34,186 nt of DNA from the NCBI GenBank assembly GCA_022813965.1, contig JALDZS010000034.1:124001-158186 (forward strand), given 5' to 3'. Within the stretch, counting starts at the first letter, position 1; every line of letters starts with the position of its first letter. Of the stretch, positions 22,263 to 34,186 are shown piece by piece. A program made the translations under genes and the position numbers. Under the pieces are notes generated by a model. That model searched no databases. It saw only the letters and a list, made by a program, of their open reading frames with translations, and had not been told where the DNA came from. The stretch is from Toensbergia leucococca (taxonomy: Eukaryota).

Positions 22263-25200
22263 TTACAACTCATCCCTCCTCCTCCCCTTTCCCTCCTTCC
22301 CCTCACCACCAACCCCCACCCCCACCCCTCCCCTCCCCTTCTCCCTAACCCCCCTCATCACCCCCTCAATCTCCTCATCATAAACCGTCCACTCAGGGAC
22401 CTGCCTCCTCGCCCTCTCCAACTTGGGCTCCTTGGTCAACGGATTATTACACAAATCAATCGTCCGCGCCACCTGCAAACTCTCATCATCGCACCACGTC
22501 TCGCACCACAGCCACTCCTGCGGCAAGCTGTGAATCGGCAACACCATCTGCATGTGATTCGGCAAGTCCTGATCCAGATTGCTCAGGCTGGCCGGGTCGG
22601 CCGAGAGCTGATGGTATTGCTGGCGGAGGCGGTCGCCGGCCGCTATTTGGCGGAAGGCTTTGAGGTCGACGACGTAGAGGGCGCTGATGTGGTAGGGGAG
22701 ACCGCGGAGGAAGGTTTTCCAGTAGCCTTGCTTCCAGAAGCGGAAGCCTTCCATTTCGGTGCGGGAGTCGCACATCGGGGTGAAGCCGTAGGGGGCGCCT
22801 TCCAGGTCGTGCGTGACGAGGTCGTGCATGTCGGTTCGGACGATTTGATCGGCGTCGACGAAGATGACTTTGTCCAGAGAGAGCGGGAAGAGAACATCTA
22901 GGAACAGGATTTTGTAGCCCCAGATTTCGCGCTGTTTTTCTTTCTGGGATCGGAGCCAGTGTGGCCATTTGTAGGTGACCATTTCGTAGGAAAAATGATA
23001 GTGGGCTGCGAGGTCGGGGAGGGAGGATTTGAAGGAGGGGGACAGGAATTGCTCGATGAACCAGAATTTAACCGTGTGCTTTGTGTGGCGCATCACGCTG
23101 ACCATCATTATGTTAAGCATGCGTTCGTAGAGATGGCCGGAGGCGACAGAAAAAATGTTGATGTCGGCGTGTTTGGAGGAGCGGGGGGCCAAGCCGACGT
23201 TCGAGAGCATGGATGAGGCAAATCTGGAGGCTTTAGAGACATAGTCCATGGCCGAGCCGGCCTTGGGACCTTCTTCAAGGACGTCTTCGGATTCCTGGCC
23301 TTCCTTACGAGATAGCCGTGGAAAAAGTGTTAGACCTTGGAAGCTCAGCAGAGCGATCTCTGTGTATTCATCACCGGGTTGTGGGATGTAGCCTTTGGTG
23401 CCAGCGCTGTCGATGTTGAAGATTTGCTGACTACGACCGGCTTGCAGTTGTATCTTCCAGTACCCAGGATTAGCTTTAAATTGAAAATATCCAAGATTTG
23501 CCATGATGATTGTGTCAGCGAAATGAGGGTTCTTTTCGGTCCCAAGAAGCAATTGAACACCTCGAGGTGGTGGGCCTAAAGTAACATCTCTTGAGTGACC
23601 TTCTATCAGGATATGCTCCAGCTCGTATACTGCATCGATATCAGATCCATCTTTCAACGTACTTAGCTTGATATTATCGAGATCGTATATCGACTCTTTC
23701 GGGGCAACGAGCCATGCTGGTGGGACATCTAGTGCCAAGTTGAGCAGCGCCTCTTTAGGTAAGCCCTCAAACGTTCCTTGCAGGTCCTGCAATGTGCCAT
23801 CTTCAGTGAAGGAGGGTTTGGCATTCAGTACGTGACGGTAGAATCTTTTGATTGGGAGCTCTTGCATCCTTTCTTTAGGATTGAGAAACAATCGCAGATG
23901 TACACCACTTAGATCAGACAGCACTTTCAGCATCGGTATCCACCGCTGTGCTATCTCACTCGTAGGATCTATAGACGCGACCAGTTGGATTGATGCCGTG
24001 TCGACATCACCAGTTTCTATCATCGAATAGCTTGAATTCCATTTATTGAAAGCACTCATCCGTAAAGTTGAAGCAGACTCAAAGATTCCTTCTGGCACTT
24101 CAGAGACTCCAGATAAAGCGATCAATGAAGACAGTTTAGCCGCAGCTAAAGGCGTGCCAATACGATCTTCAAAACCAAGGGCGGCGAGGGCGGTATTCGC
24201 AGGCACTAAGCGCTTCGAGCGTTCAAAGTCAAGCAGTTGCTGATATTCTCTAATCGTGAAGCTAGCTGACTTTGGAATCGGCCCTATAAGTCTGCCATTG
24301 AGAAGCAGACCTTGCTGGCCCGGTGGTAAGCCAATTGTACTAGCCAAAGATTGCGAGCCTTCCCAGAATGCCTTCGACATGTCGTGAAGCAGTACCAAAT
24401 CGTCGCCATCCTCTTCTATCGGCCTTTCCGTTCGGATTGCCCTCAAATTATCGGAATCAAGCTTATGGCCCTGCAAAAGCAACTTGAAGACTTTGACAGA
24501 CGCAGTATGAACAACTGCTTCTGCAGAAGGATTGTGAAGTAGCACTACTTCAACCTCGCTGTTAATCTGACTAAACTCAACAGCTTCCTGTACCAAGCTG
24601 AAACCTTCATCAGAGTCTAGATCTGCAACGACGAGCAAGTGAGCCCAGAATTGCTTCTGGGCTTCCTCGTCCAGCATCAGACGAGGCAAGCCCTTGTATA
24701 TCCATTCATGCTTCCTGATAAGATCTCCTACATCAAAGATCTTGACGTTGCTTTCATCTTCGGGAATGATGAGTGCGTTCCGGTGAGTAACTGCTTCTAG
24801 AAGGAACTGCCCAGCGAGCCAAGCATCTTCTGCAACAACCTCTTCGTATACCTGCCGTTGTAGTAATCGCAAGTCCATCTCGACTTTCGAGCTCATCACT
24901 TGCAGCCAACCATCGCCACGAGGTATCACAATTCCATTCACAAACAATGGCGGAGACACACCGTTGGCCCCGAGACGCGTGAGATACTTCTCGGCATTCT
25001 CTATCAGATTTTTATACTCTGCACTGTGAAGTATAGTCTGAAGATCGAGGGCGTTACCGTGCTTGCGTAATTTTCGGTCTTTGACGGTAGCCTCGAAGTT
25101 GGACTTATTGACGCCAGAGACCTTCTTGCCTTGCGCCATCTGTTTCAAGTCAGGGGATGTCCATAATTGATATGCCAAGCACCTAGATGACAACATACAG

Positions 25201-26966
25201 CTTCTAGATAAGCAAGAACGCCGCTAAGGCCGTAAGCATCGAGCAAATGATAGACGACCTTTGCTTGGTCCACACCAGATGCTGATGTTACCTGGGGTAC
25301 TATCCCCCAACGGATCGGCACCTTGCGCTTGACAAAGGTCTGTAGTGACTCCACCAGTAACTCTATGTCTTTCAAGTCTGTCAGGTCAAGCGGTATGATA
25401 ACGTTATGAATGTCACGTCTAACTGTAGGTAGTTGGCCAGGGTATGTCCTTTGGAGAAGCTGTAACATGTCCATCAGCCTACATGCCATTGCAGTTCTGT
25501 GCTTGACTAACCGCAGTGGCATGCGATGGCCAAGGTGCATATCGTTTATCTTTCTCGATGTCATTTAGCCATATTATCACTTTTCCGCCTTCGGATGTGT
25601 CCCTGTAGTCGTAGCGCTGAGACTCGCCCTCAGTTTTGGATTGTGCAACAGCTGGATGGGACAGAATTTGAACAGCTTCGGCCCCTGTAAAGCCCAGTTC
25701 CCGCAGATTACCAACGAGGGCACGTTCTCGCCGCAGTTGTGCGAGTAAGGCAAAAGCGTTCATTTGACGTTCTTCAATCTGCATGCCATTCATCCAAACA
25801 ATGTTTTGGCCTGCGCCTAAAAGTAATTCGCGGTTACTGCGATGCTCTGTCAGAAATTCCGTGGAAGCGTTTCTTTTAGTAATAGAGAAGGAATGCTTAG
25901 GAAAGTCTTGAGAAACTTTGATAAGAGTTTCGAATGGATCTTCACTGGCCATGATAAAGCTTGCGGCCTTCACGCCAAGGCCTAACAGATCTGTAGAAGA
26001 TAACGGCTTGAGATCTGCCAAATCTTCGTTCTCCAATTCAACATCATCCACCCCTGACGCCTGCTCCGCACCAATTTCGTCCCTTGATTCCGCCTCTCTG
26101 TCATCAATTACAATGTAGTCTGTTCTCTTCAAAGCTAATTCAACACCATATCCATTGACCACCAAGGGCCGCGCTGAAGAAGAAAGTGACGGCCGATACC
26201 GTATCCTATAAGTTGTCTGGCCACTTCGGGCTGTAGCGCTAATTATTTGATGAAACTGTCCGAATAGAGGCGATGTTATGTCGGCATACAATATTGAGGG
26301 TGATTTAAAATCTTCATAGTTTTGATCTAAGATACGATCAAAGGGTAAGACGTGGGGACTCCTAATCTAATTTTAGCGAATGGAACATTTTCTTAGATAG
26401 CGCAACGTACTTTGAGCCCGTGATCTCTTGTTGAGCACGATCCAAGGCGGGCGAACAGTACTGTTTGCCATTGAAGTGTACCCAAACTGGACAGGCCGCG
26501 TCCTGCGCAACCATCATGGAGGATTCCACAGAAGTATTATAATATTGGTAATGAGCCTCAATGCGGGGAGCTGCCGAGTGTACCGAGAGGGCAAATTTGA
26601 AAGACGAGAGGTCGTCTGGGTGTGTGATATGGCCGTCATCTTGTAAGACCTGAAAAAAAGATTCGTATAAATCCTGGTCCGTTGCACAATCGGCAAAGCG
26701 GCCTTCTGCTATTCGGTCAAGAATTGGAAAGTAGGCTGTCGAGTTTTCTTCAGCGGCTGTCTCCCTGGAAGCGGTCAGAGTTGCTTCCAGTTGCGACTGG
26801 GGGTTTTGAAGCTAACTTACAGAAGCTCTACAAGAAAAGGGGGAGAATTGAAAGAAGCTTGCAAGGCGACATTGACCGAGGGACCAGCTGAGGCAAATCT
26901 GGGATTCGGGGACACCGTAGCCAGCAGTATCCCAATGAGCTCCCACGGCAATTGGTATAACTTCAT
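22263..26966 (-). CDS. UDP-glucose:glycoprotein glucosyltransferase (UGGT/Kre5/Gpt1); exons 26966-26821, 26764-26411, 26361-25512, 25459-25199, 25139-22263
   Basis: Signal-peptide-like start, APRIEAHYQYY, GYGVELALKRTDYIVIDDR, GT24 domain INIFSVASGHLYER...WGYKILFLDVLFP...FVDADQ...LSNLDQDLPN...WLWCETWC...DLCNNP, and C-terminal RDEL ER-retention signal. Four GT-AG introns restore the frame. Confidence 0.97.
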
Positions 26967-27549
26967 TTTCCCCCTAAGCCCGTCAGACTCGGGAATAGCA
27001 TGCTGCCACCACTCTTTCAATAGGCTAGATGGAAATTATGTAAATCAGAGCCGATGCAAGCCTGGGTTGTATTTGATTAGGGCTCAGTACTCCGTAGTTG
27101 CGCGAGGAATAGACTATGATGTTTGCTGGACGGTCTTCCCGACGAATCCCCAGGTCCTCGAGCCTTTTTCTTTGGAACTTGTGAGAGTTGAAGTGATGTA
27201 CGTGTTCTGTACGGATGATGAGGATACTGTATCGTATCGTATTTTTGGGATGGAGCTTGGGCCATGTGAGATGATAATTGGCTCGTTCCATTCGACGTCG
27301 AAGACTCCACCAATGAAGGTTTTAGGTGCTGTTCATAACTTCCTCTCCTTCATGCCTGATGTGATGTGTTTGGCCTTCGAACTTGAGCCGTCACGACTAG
27401 GTGTAATACCTAAAGAACCCATTTTGTCCACCATATCAGTATTGAACTCTAATCTCATGGCCACCAGGGCAGTCTTGATGGTCAAAGTGAATATTAATAT
27501 ATCAGGGGAAGAAAAGTGTCTCCAATACACTTCAGCTAAAAGTTAGGAA

Positions 27550-29125
27550 TCCTACTAGAAAACGGGGTTCACCATCAGCTTCATCAAGATGGTCGTCTTA
27601 GAAGACGAAGGCGACAGGTATATAGACGTGGGCGTGGAGGGACTGAATCTTGTTCCATGACAGTCTGGCTTGATTGATACCTCCACGCCGTACCTCAGGA
27701 CCTGCATCAATGTCCAAAACGATGCTCAGCGCAAAGCAAGAGCGGATGTCCCAGGTATCTTGGACACTCACGACGTGTACACAGTGTGAGACTTTTTCGT
27801 GGAAACCCTTACTACGCTTCAATGGGAAATCCCAATGCTTCTCAAAATACCGGGCCTAGAATTCAACATACAAGAGCGAGTCTAAGAAAGCCTTTGAGAC
27901 CAACCATCCACCGAGTTCATTATCTAATTACTTGAGGGGCCTGAAAGCCTACTCAGGCTTGAAGTTTTGTAACGTCAAACTTGAACAAGAGCTTTCCAGC
28001 AATTGACATATGCGCCTCGAATCGGCGCCCGAAGATAATTGGGCTTTCTTAACCTTTATAAGGTGCCACATTGTGATGAAAAATTAGATATCCGGTCCTA
28101 CAATAAGTCTCTCCTCACCAAGTCACTCATTCTCATTACCTTGGTAATGTTTGTTTCAATATTATATCAGATACTTTCAGAACAATGATCCTCCCACCGG
28201 ACTTGCACCAGGAGTGAGCAACTGTCCTCGGCCTCCCCAGCTCAAATCATCAGATTGCTTCACTCGTGCTTTGCGTTCTCCAAGTCGTTCCCTGCTCGAA
28301 ATCCTCTCTCAACTATTGAGTATGTCCCGCATTTTTGAAATTAAGGAACCGCCGGCGTACAATCTTCTACTTTCTCCACGCTGTGGCAGAGAGCCAGGAA
28401 ACATTTTCACATCGCATCAGCAACAGAAAACATCTGAGCCATCAGCTCCCAATGAAGGCATAGATTCATTTCTTTGATACAATCATCTTAACAGTGAAAT
28501 ACCTGCCCCCGTCCCTGGTATTTGTCGCTCTGGCTGTCACCGGTACACTTTAGGAAACATTGATGTTCTATTCAACGCTTTAACCTCTTGAGCCAATGGT
28601 AATGAAAAACTTTCGGGGAAGAAAATTGATCCGGTGAAATGTTGGCACCATCAGAGGAATTGACTAGGGAGTCATTTACCAAGGCTCCGAAAATTCAGCT
28701 TGCCTGTATTGTTTTCCTTACTACATCTCGAAGGTCAAGTTAATTGACAAGCTCGCCTCCCCAGAACTAACGCGGAGATGTGACACAAAGTCATGTACAT
28801 CTTGGCAAAGATCCCGGTATTGAAGCATGGACAGTTTGGAAGAACTACTGCGACGATAATGCGTCCTGGAGATCCCTCACAGAATTTCGGCAATGACTCG
28901 AAACAATACCACCAGAAGCAGCAGACGTTCACCGGCCTTACATGTCCGCAGCTGATGATCTTGGAAGTTGTGATTTCTCACGTCACCAGGTCATCGCCCT
29001 GTCTTTGCGAGAACATCAACTGGTCCGTAGGCAAAGTTCCATGTTTCCCTCTAAAGGCTGCTCTAGTAGCTTGTGTGAGATGAACAGCTACAATTCTTTA
29101 TTTACGAACGACCGAGAAAGGGTAG
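27550..29125 (+). pseudogene. Possible decayed gene (fragments weakly reminiscent of fungal F-box/LRR-like orphan proteins)
   Basis: Protein-like stretches with in-frame stops (DFFVETLTTLQWEIPMLLKIPGLEFNIQERV*ESL*; GNIDVLFNALTS*; HLPRLRKFSLPVLFSLLHL; DPGIEAWTVWKNYCDD) and a candidate intron at 27618-27663. The family guess is impressionistic. Confidence 0.28.
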
Positions 29126-30794
29126 TGACGGCTCTGAACATTCAATACGGACTCTACGGACAGAACGCTGTACAACTATATCTCAAAAGCTAGCATACGC
29201 GCAGTCTATATTTCATCCAACTAAGAGTTTCAAAACCTACATACAACACTCCCAGCCGGTACATCTCCTGGTTGACGTTTTTCTTCAGTTTCATTAAGCC
29301 TCCGTGGACGACAAAGGCCGCTACTAATACGAATACGCATGCACAACGCACGCAAGTAAGAAACACAATCATAGCCCAACAATTCACTGTGATGAAAATA
29401 AGCAATAACAGACGAGCTCGCATTCAACCCAAACCCAACCTTCCAATCAAAAGACTTGGGCATCCACAACCGCGTGCCGAGAACTACGGACGTCCCCACC
29501 CGCGGCTCTAGCTAGAACAATGAGAAGGAATATGTAAATCCTCTACAAACAACCACCCTCGTATTCGTCAAGTAAACCCAACACTCACTTCCTCGCCTTG
29601 CATAACGTGGGGAGAAAAAATCATGTCTTCCAATCCCAGTCACCCCCGTCGAAAGGAAGGCAAATCCAAATATGGAGACTTGAAATAATAAAATAAGTTC
29701 CTGATTGCGTACGAGTATTTTTTTTTATTTCCTATTTGTTTTGGCATTGCGGGTTGGGGGCACCCAATCCATATTCCAACTGGGGGGAACTAGAGGGGGA
29801 TTTAAAGGATCTATTACTGGCTGACAGATCATTGCATCTCATCTTAACAATACAAAGCACATATTTCGATTTTCTAGCTCATAAGAGGCACTTCATTTCG
29901 TCCGCTTGAAAAAAGTGTATGTTCTCCAAAGCTGAACAAAATCAAAAAATAATCCATTAGTTCAAATTGATGATTCAATCAAAACTAACAAAAGATTCCC
30001 TTTGGCGGAAAGCAGGAGGAATTTTGAGAAAAGTCAGCTTTACAGGAGGGAGGGGGGGGTGGTTGACTCTGTGATCTGGGGGGGATGAAGCCGGGTCTTG
30101 GGGCCTGGGAGCGAAGATGCCAGGAGCCGTGGACCTCGAAAGGCGGGTGAGTTGGAGAAATTCATGAATGTGGTGTGTGTCATAGATGACAAGGTATCGA
30201 GGTTGCAAAGAGATCATATCGATTTGACGTAAGACGTACGTAGTAGTAACCGTGGGCCTCATGATACAAAGTCTTAGATGGATCAAATACTCCCATCCCC
30301 CGCCCATCTCTCACCCTCCGTCACACGCATCACCAAAACCAGCAGAGGAAGTCCCCCACTCAACGTCCAATCTCCCTTTCCTCACGTATATCTTCCATTA
30401 AAGGACCAACCGCTGCCGCCGTCGCCGACCCTATCGCCACCGACATACGTACAAACATCCCCAATCCGCTTCTTCCTCCCTACCCGAGAACCCCCTTTCC
30501 GTTCCCCAGCCATCGACCCGGTAAGATGGCAAGCCGAGAGAATCAGAGGGTTTCCAAAAGGGGACCTCCTATAGTATATATTAGGACCAATAAAGTAAGG
30601 TACCGTCATCATATCCAGCCATTGCATGCAAGCATCATATCCATTCCATTTTCATTTCCCCCCCGGCCGATTCCAGCCAGTCGTCCGTGCCGGCCATTCC
30701 GCGCATGAAAACGCCGTGCGTACCCTGTTCCGTCCGCTGTGTGAAACCCTTTCCAATATGTAAAAGCAAAAGAAAGCCGCCGCTCAGAAATGTA

Positions 30795-32295
30795 CTACGC
30801 CACTTCGTAACTCTTCGTCTTTCCACCAGGCGCTCGATTTTCTTTTTCCTTGGTAGCTTCCCAGATCATGCGCTGGCGCTCAATCTCGTTGATGTCAAAC
30901 GGATGATCACCTGCGCTACCCATTCTCGCGTGCTTGGGCGCCAAGGCCCCGCCGCGGATGTTGCCAGTGGATTTCATCTTCTTCAGCGATCTCGTCTTCT
31001 CTTTTTCTTCCTTCTTGGCGACCTCCTTGATGTCGTTGCGTGAGCGCATTTTGCGCAGCTCGCGTGTGATTTTCTCGAGTGTGCTGCCTTTTTTCTTCTG
31101 TGGTTGCTGGGCCGGGAGTGTAGTAGGTACTGGCGAAGAGGGAAGTGGTTTGTTGCTTGGGGCGGATTTGCTACCTGTGCTACCGCTTGTGGAGGGGCGG
31201 TCGCCGGTGGCGAAGCTGACGCCTGAGTCTGCGCGACGGCCATTATGACGGTTTTGCTCGCTGTCCGGATTGAAGCTTTCGAGGTCGGCGACGTCGAGAC
31301 ATTCTTCAATTACGCCGTTGGCAGTGCGCAGGTACTTGTCAACGGTTTCACGGATGATGATCCAGCCGTTTGCGTCGCCAGGACGCTTGCCGTGGTGCTC
31401 GAGGTTGTTGAGGATACCTTTGCCATTTCTTTCTACGCCTTGGATGTATCTCCAAAAACCATTTCGCTGGTCTGCGAGGATGGTGGATGTTAGTTGACGC
31501 GTTGGGGGTGCTGCGGTGGTTGGTGGGTAAAGGGTATTTAGCATGGCGATGCTATTGGCTTTGTTGAATGGTTCGAGACGCATTTCATTTATCAATGTCT
31601 ATTGGGCGTTATTGTTAGCTACTGTCTATGTTTTCCATGAGCGAATATAGGTAATTCACCCAACGTCGGAGACCAATGTACACTTGCGTATATAACGCCT
31701 CAACTTTCCTCTCTTTCTCTTGCATACTTAAAAGCCATGTCGAGACACCTGGATATTTCCTACTCGTCTCGTTTCCTTCTTGGACGAATGTGTCTTTATT
31801 CACACCCAATCTCTGCAATGCTAGGCTAAGTTCTCGCTTCCTCCTGTTCTCCAAGTCCTTTAGGTAATCTAGTGCTGTCAAAGCCTGTGTGAAGTCGACA
31901 AGACACAATTCTTCGCTGAAGCAACGGCGCACAAAAGATGTGATAAATGCTGGCGGTAGTGAGAATGGTTGCGAGGGCAATTGGCGTACGTGATTCATAA
32001 GACAAGACTTGAAGTGTTCTGTAGCTGCGTGGGCTGCTAGTTGATGCTGCTGTTCTATTGGGAAGTCTGGAGAAGCTGGCGAGCTGTCAGTGCTTGAACC
32101 GTTGGATAACGAGGGAGTGCCCGGACGATTGGCGGCGAGGCGTGAGTGAGGTTGGGCTTGTGGGGCTGAATTGAGCGTATACATTGTTCGCAGGGGGATT
32201 TCGTAGCTGGCGGGATATGCAAGCAGATGTTCGAGGATCCAGGGAAAAGCGGAGCCGTCGGTGGAGGAAGTTGGGGAATTGTTTGTAGTCGACAT
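30795..32295 (-). CDS. Hypothetical protein, apparently conserved in Pezizomycotina, function unknown; exons 32295-31660, 31598-30795
   Basis: Two long ORFs joined in frame by a 61-nt GT...GCTAAC...TAG intron. Blocks SAFPWILEHLLAYPASYEIPLRTMYTLN, FTQALTALDYLKDLE, LYTQVYIGLRRWTLINEM, AMLNTLYPP and ADSGVSF look like a fungal family I have seen annotated only as hypothetical. Confidence 0.88.
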
Positions 32296-34186
32296 GTTGG
32301 GTTGGATGGTATTTACAGGTCATCAAAGAAAACGTAGAGAAGACTGCAATGGCTGATCAATAAGAGCAACAAGGCATGCTCCAAGCAAGTGCAATCAAGG
32401 TTGTTGGCAATGCATGTACTCTCGACTGGTTTTCTTTGGTTGTTGTGTTTTTTTTGCTGCTGTTGTTTTGGCCTGCGGGCCTGCTCAAATAGCGACTAGC
32501 CGGTTCGAGTCGCCGATCCTACAACAGGAGAGACACAAACAAACACAAAAATGCGATTCTTTTTCAACGTAAAACAAGATCAGAGACAACCGATCTTCAA
32601 TTTCTATGCTCCAAAAGACGATCCAAGCAAAGAGATTCGGGAACTCGGAATCGAGTATTTCCACACAAGGCCGAGTTCGAACAATTCTCCCGACTAACGG
32701 AAAAGTACCGGGCCACACAGTGTGTAGGAAAGTCTTGTCCTCGTAACCGTGGCAATACGCAATTCGTCGATAAGAATCGTCCAGAATGAGCAGCGGTTGT
32801 GAATGGTGGAACGGAGGTCAACAGGAAGGCCACAGGTCAAGAGAAAGGTCAGAGTAAGGACAATAATAGAAATTGGGGAAAATGATGGTTATGGGCTATT
32901 GGGCTCCTCGTCCATGCATATACATCGCGTCCCACATGGAAAGCCTTCCTCGGGGAACACAAGGATGTCGCGTTCCAAGGATGCCGTGTTATCATAAGCT
33001 GAAGAAGCTGGAGACGACTGTCCCGGTACTACCCTCTAGTTGTCGCCTGTCGCCTATAAAGAGCCAAGGCAAGCCTAACCGTTCAGCTGGAGACAGCGAC
33101 CTCAGCAGTTTGCACTGGCCTTTCTGCCTCGACTCTGGATTATTCTTTCTGACTTAACAAATTCGGCTCACTTCTATCCGCTTCGGTACCTGTTTTCTTC
33201 ATGCGCGCTGCCCGTGCTTCAATGAGTATCACGCGTTTGCTTTGTTGCTTCGGTTGTGGCTCGACTATTCGTTATATCTTGATGGCTACTATCATTTATG
33301 TGTTGCGACGCAAAGCATTATAAATCTCTCCGTCATGATCGAGCTATCCTCGGGCTCTCAGAGACCCTATAATTCAAAACATCGAATCCTTCCTAAGTCA
33401 CAGAATGGGCTATAGCATGTCAAGACTACAGGTCTTGAATGAATGGTATCTTGCTAATACTCAGACTTTGACTCGGTCTACTCTATCGTATCTGCACGTC
33501 TGGCCATCTCACAGTTGAGTTTCTGTCCAGCTTGATTGACTGTGAATCGAGAGTTCCTTCCCAAGAGCTCCCTGCGCTGCCTTCACCTTGTCTTCTTGAT
33601 CGAGGCTGAACTCAAGCAAATGCTTTGCTACAGTTATTTCACGCTTTTTGAGCAATTTTGATGCCAAAAAAATCGTTGCCCAGATGGGAATGAGAACGGA
33701 TATTTGTGACTAATAAGTATTTAATGAAAACATGGCTCATCCTTGCATCTGCATCGAATGAAGTCACATTCTTGGAACTCGGTTCTAGGGTTCTCATGCT
33801 GTCCGGGGCCATTCATATAATCCTATTGCCACTTCAGAATCTCCTATCTAATTCTCGAAGGTCACAGAAGCTGACTGTTTAGCATTGTTTGATTGGCAGG
33901 GCTAAAATGACCCACAGCCACGAACACTTCTAGCACTGACTCAGGCAGATTTGGCAGTCATGAATAAAGTCCGAAGATGGCTAGGACTAGGATTCGGGCG
34001 GCAGACAACCAGTTGAGCGGCCAGAAACGAAGCCAGTGATTTTCCATCTTGTTCTCGGTAGACCTGTCGCTTTAGAGGCGAGACAGGTCACGTCTGAAAG
34101 CTTAAATGTTGCCTTGTATCATGCATGCACTGTCCCGTTCGGATACCAGCATCTCTACGTATAGGGCATTGGATGCGTGGTATTTT

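Noticed and set aside
22203..22968. Overlapping 232-, 160- and 84-aa ORFs
   Set aside because: Alternative-frame or antisense shadows of the GC-rich UGGT 3' end.
26791..27546. 251-aa plus-strand ORF overlapping UGGT exon 1
   Set aside because: TTG start inside a UGGT intron, first part antisense to UGGT, no recognisable domain. The distal part may belong to the decayed tract but cannot be called a gene.
28167..28253. Minus-strand TGATGA...CTGA spacing like a C/D snoRNA
   Set aside because: No terminal stem, and the segment before the D box (GGAGGATCATT) is sense rather than antisense to the 18S 3' end.
32492..32513. GGTTCGAGTC B-box or T-loop-like motif in a 6-bp hairpin
   Set aside because: No T-arm pairing, A-box or cloverleaf; not a tRNA.
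34061..34089. GACCTGTC...GACAGGTC inverted repeat
   Set aside because: Isolated 8-bp stem with no target-site duplication or second copy.
1..34186. CRISPR arrays, intact transposons or a secondary-metabolite cluster (Coq1, UGD and UGGT co-occur)
   Set aside because: No repeat-spacer arrays, transposase or RT motifs, or backbone enzymes. These enzymes are ordinary housekeeping orthologues of unrelated pathways.

Overview
Eukaryotic genomic DNA from a filamentous ascomycete (Pezizomycotina-type proteins, short 50-100 nt spliceosomal introns with CTRAY branch sites). Eleven protein-coding genes can be built by hand: the 5' part of a probable TFIID subunit TAF12 (-), UDP-glucose 6-dehydrogenase (-), DASH subunit Spc34 (-), proteasome lid subunit Rpn3 (+), an Avo2-like ankyrin protein (+), polyprenyl diphosphate synthase Coq1 (-), V-ATPase assembly factor Vma12 (+), allantoinase (+), a Reb1/Nsi1/TTF1-like Myb protein (+), UDP-glucose:glycoprotein glucosyltransferase (-) and a hypothetical protein (-). 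Two intergenic tracts (about 14.2-15.3 kb and 27.1-29.2 kb) look like decayed coding sequence. I found no tRNA, rRNA, intact mobile element or CRISPR array, and no clearly new biological system: this is mostly a housekeeping neighbourhood. The most notable details are a start codon apparently split by an intron plus a GC-AG intron in the ankyrin gene, an AreA + UaY-type promoter on allantoinase, a possible alternative-initiation myristoylation switch on the Myb protein, repeated strand-symmetric C-to-G skew flips inside genes, and a 325-codon frame interrupted only by TGA.
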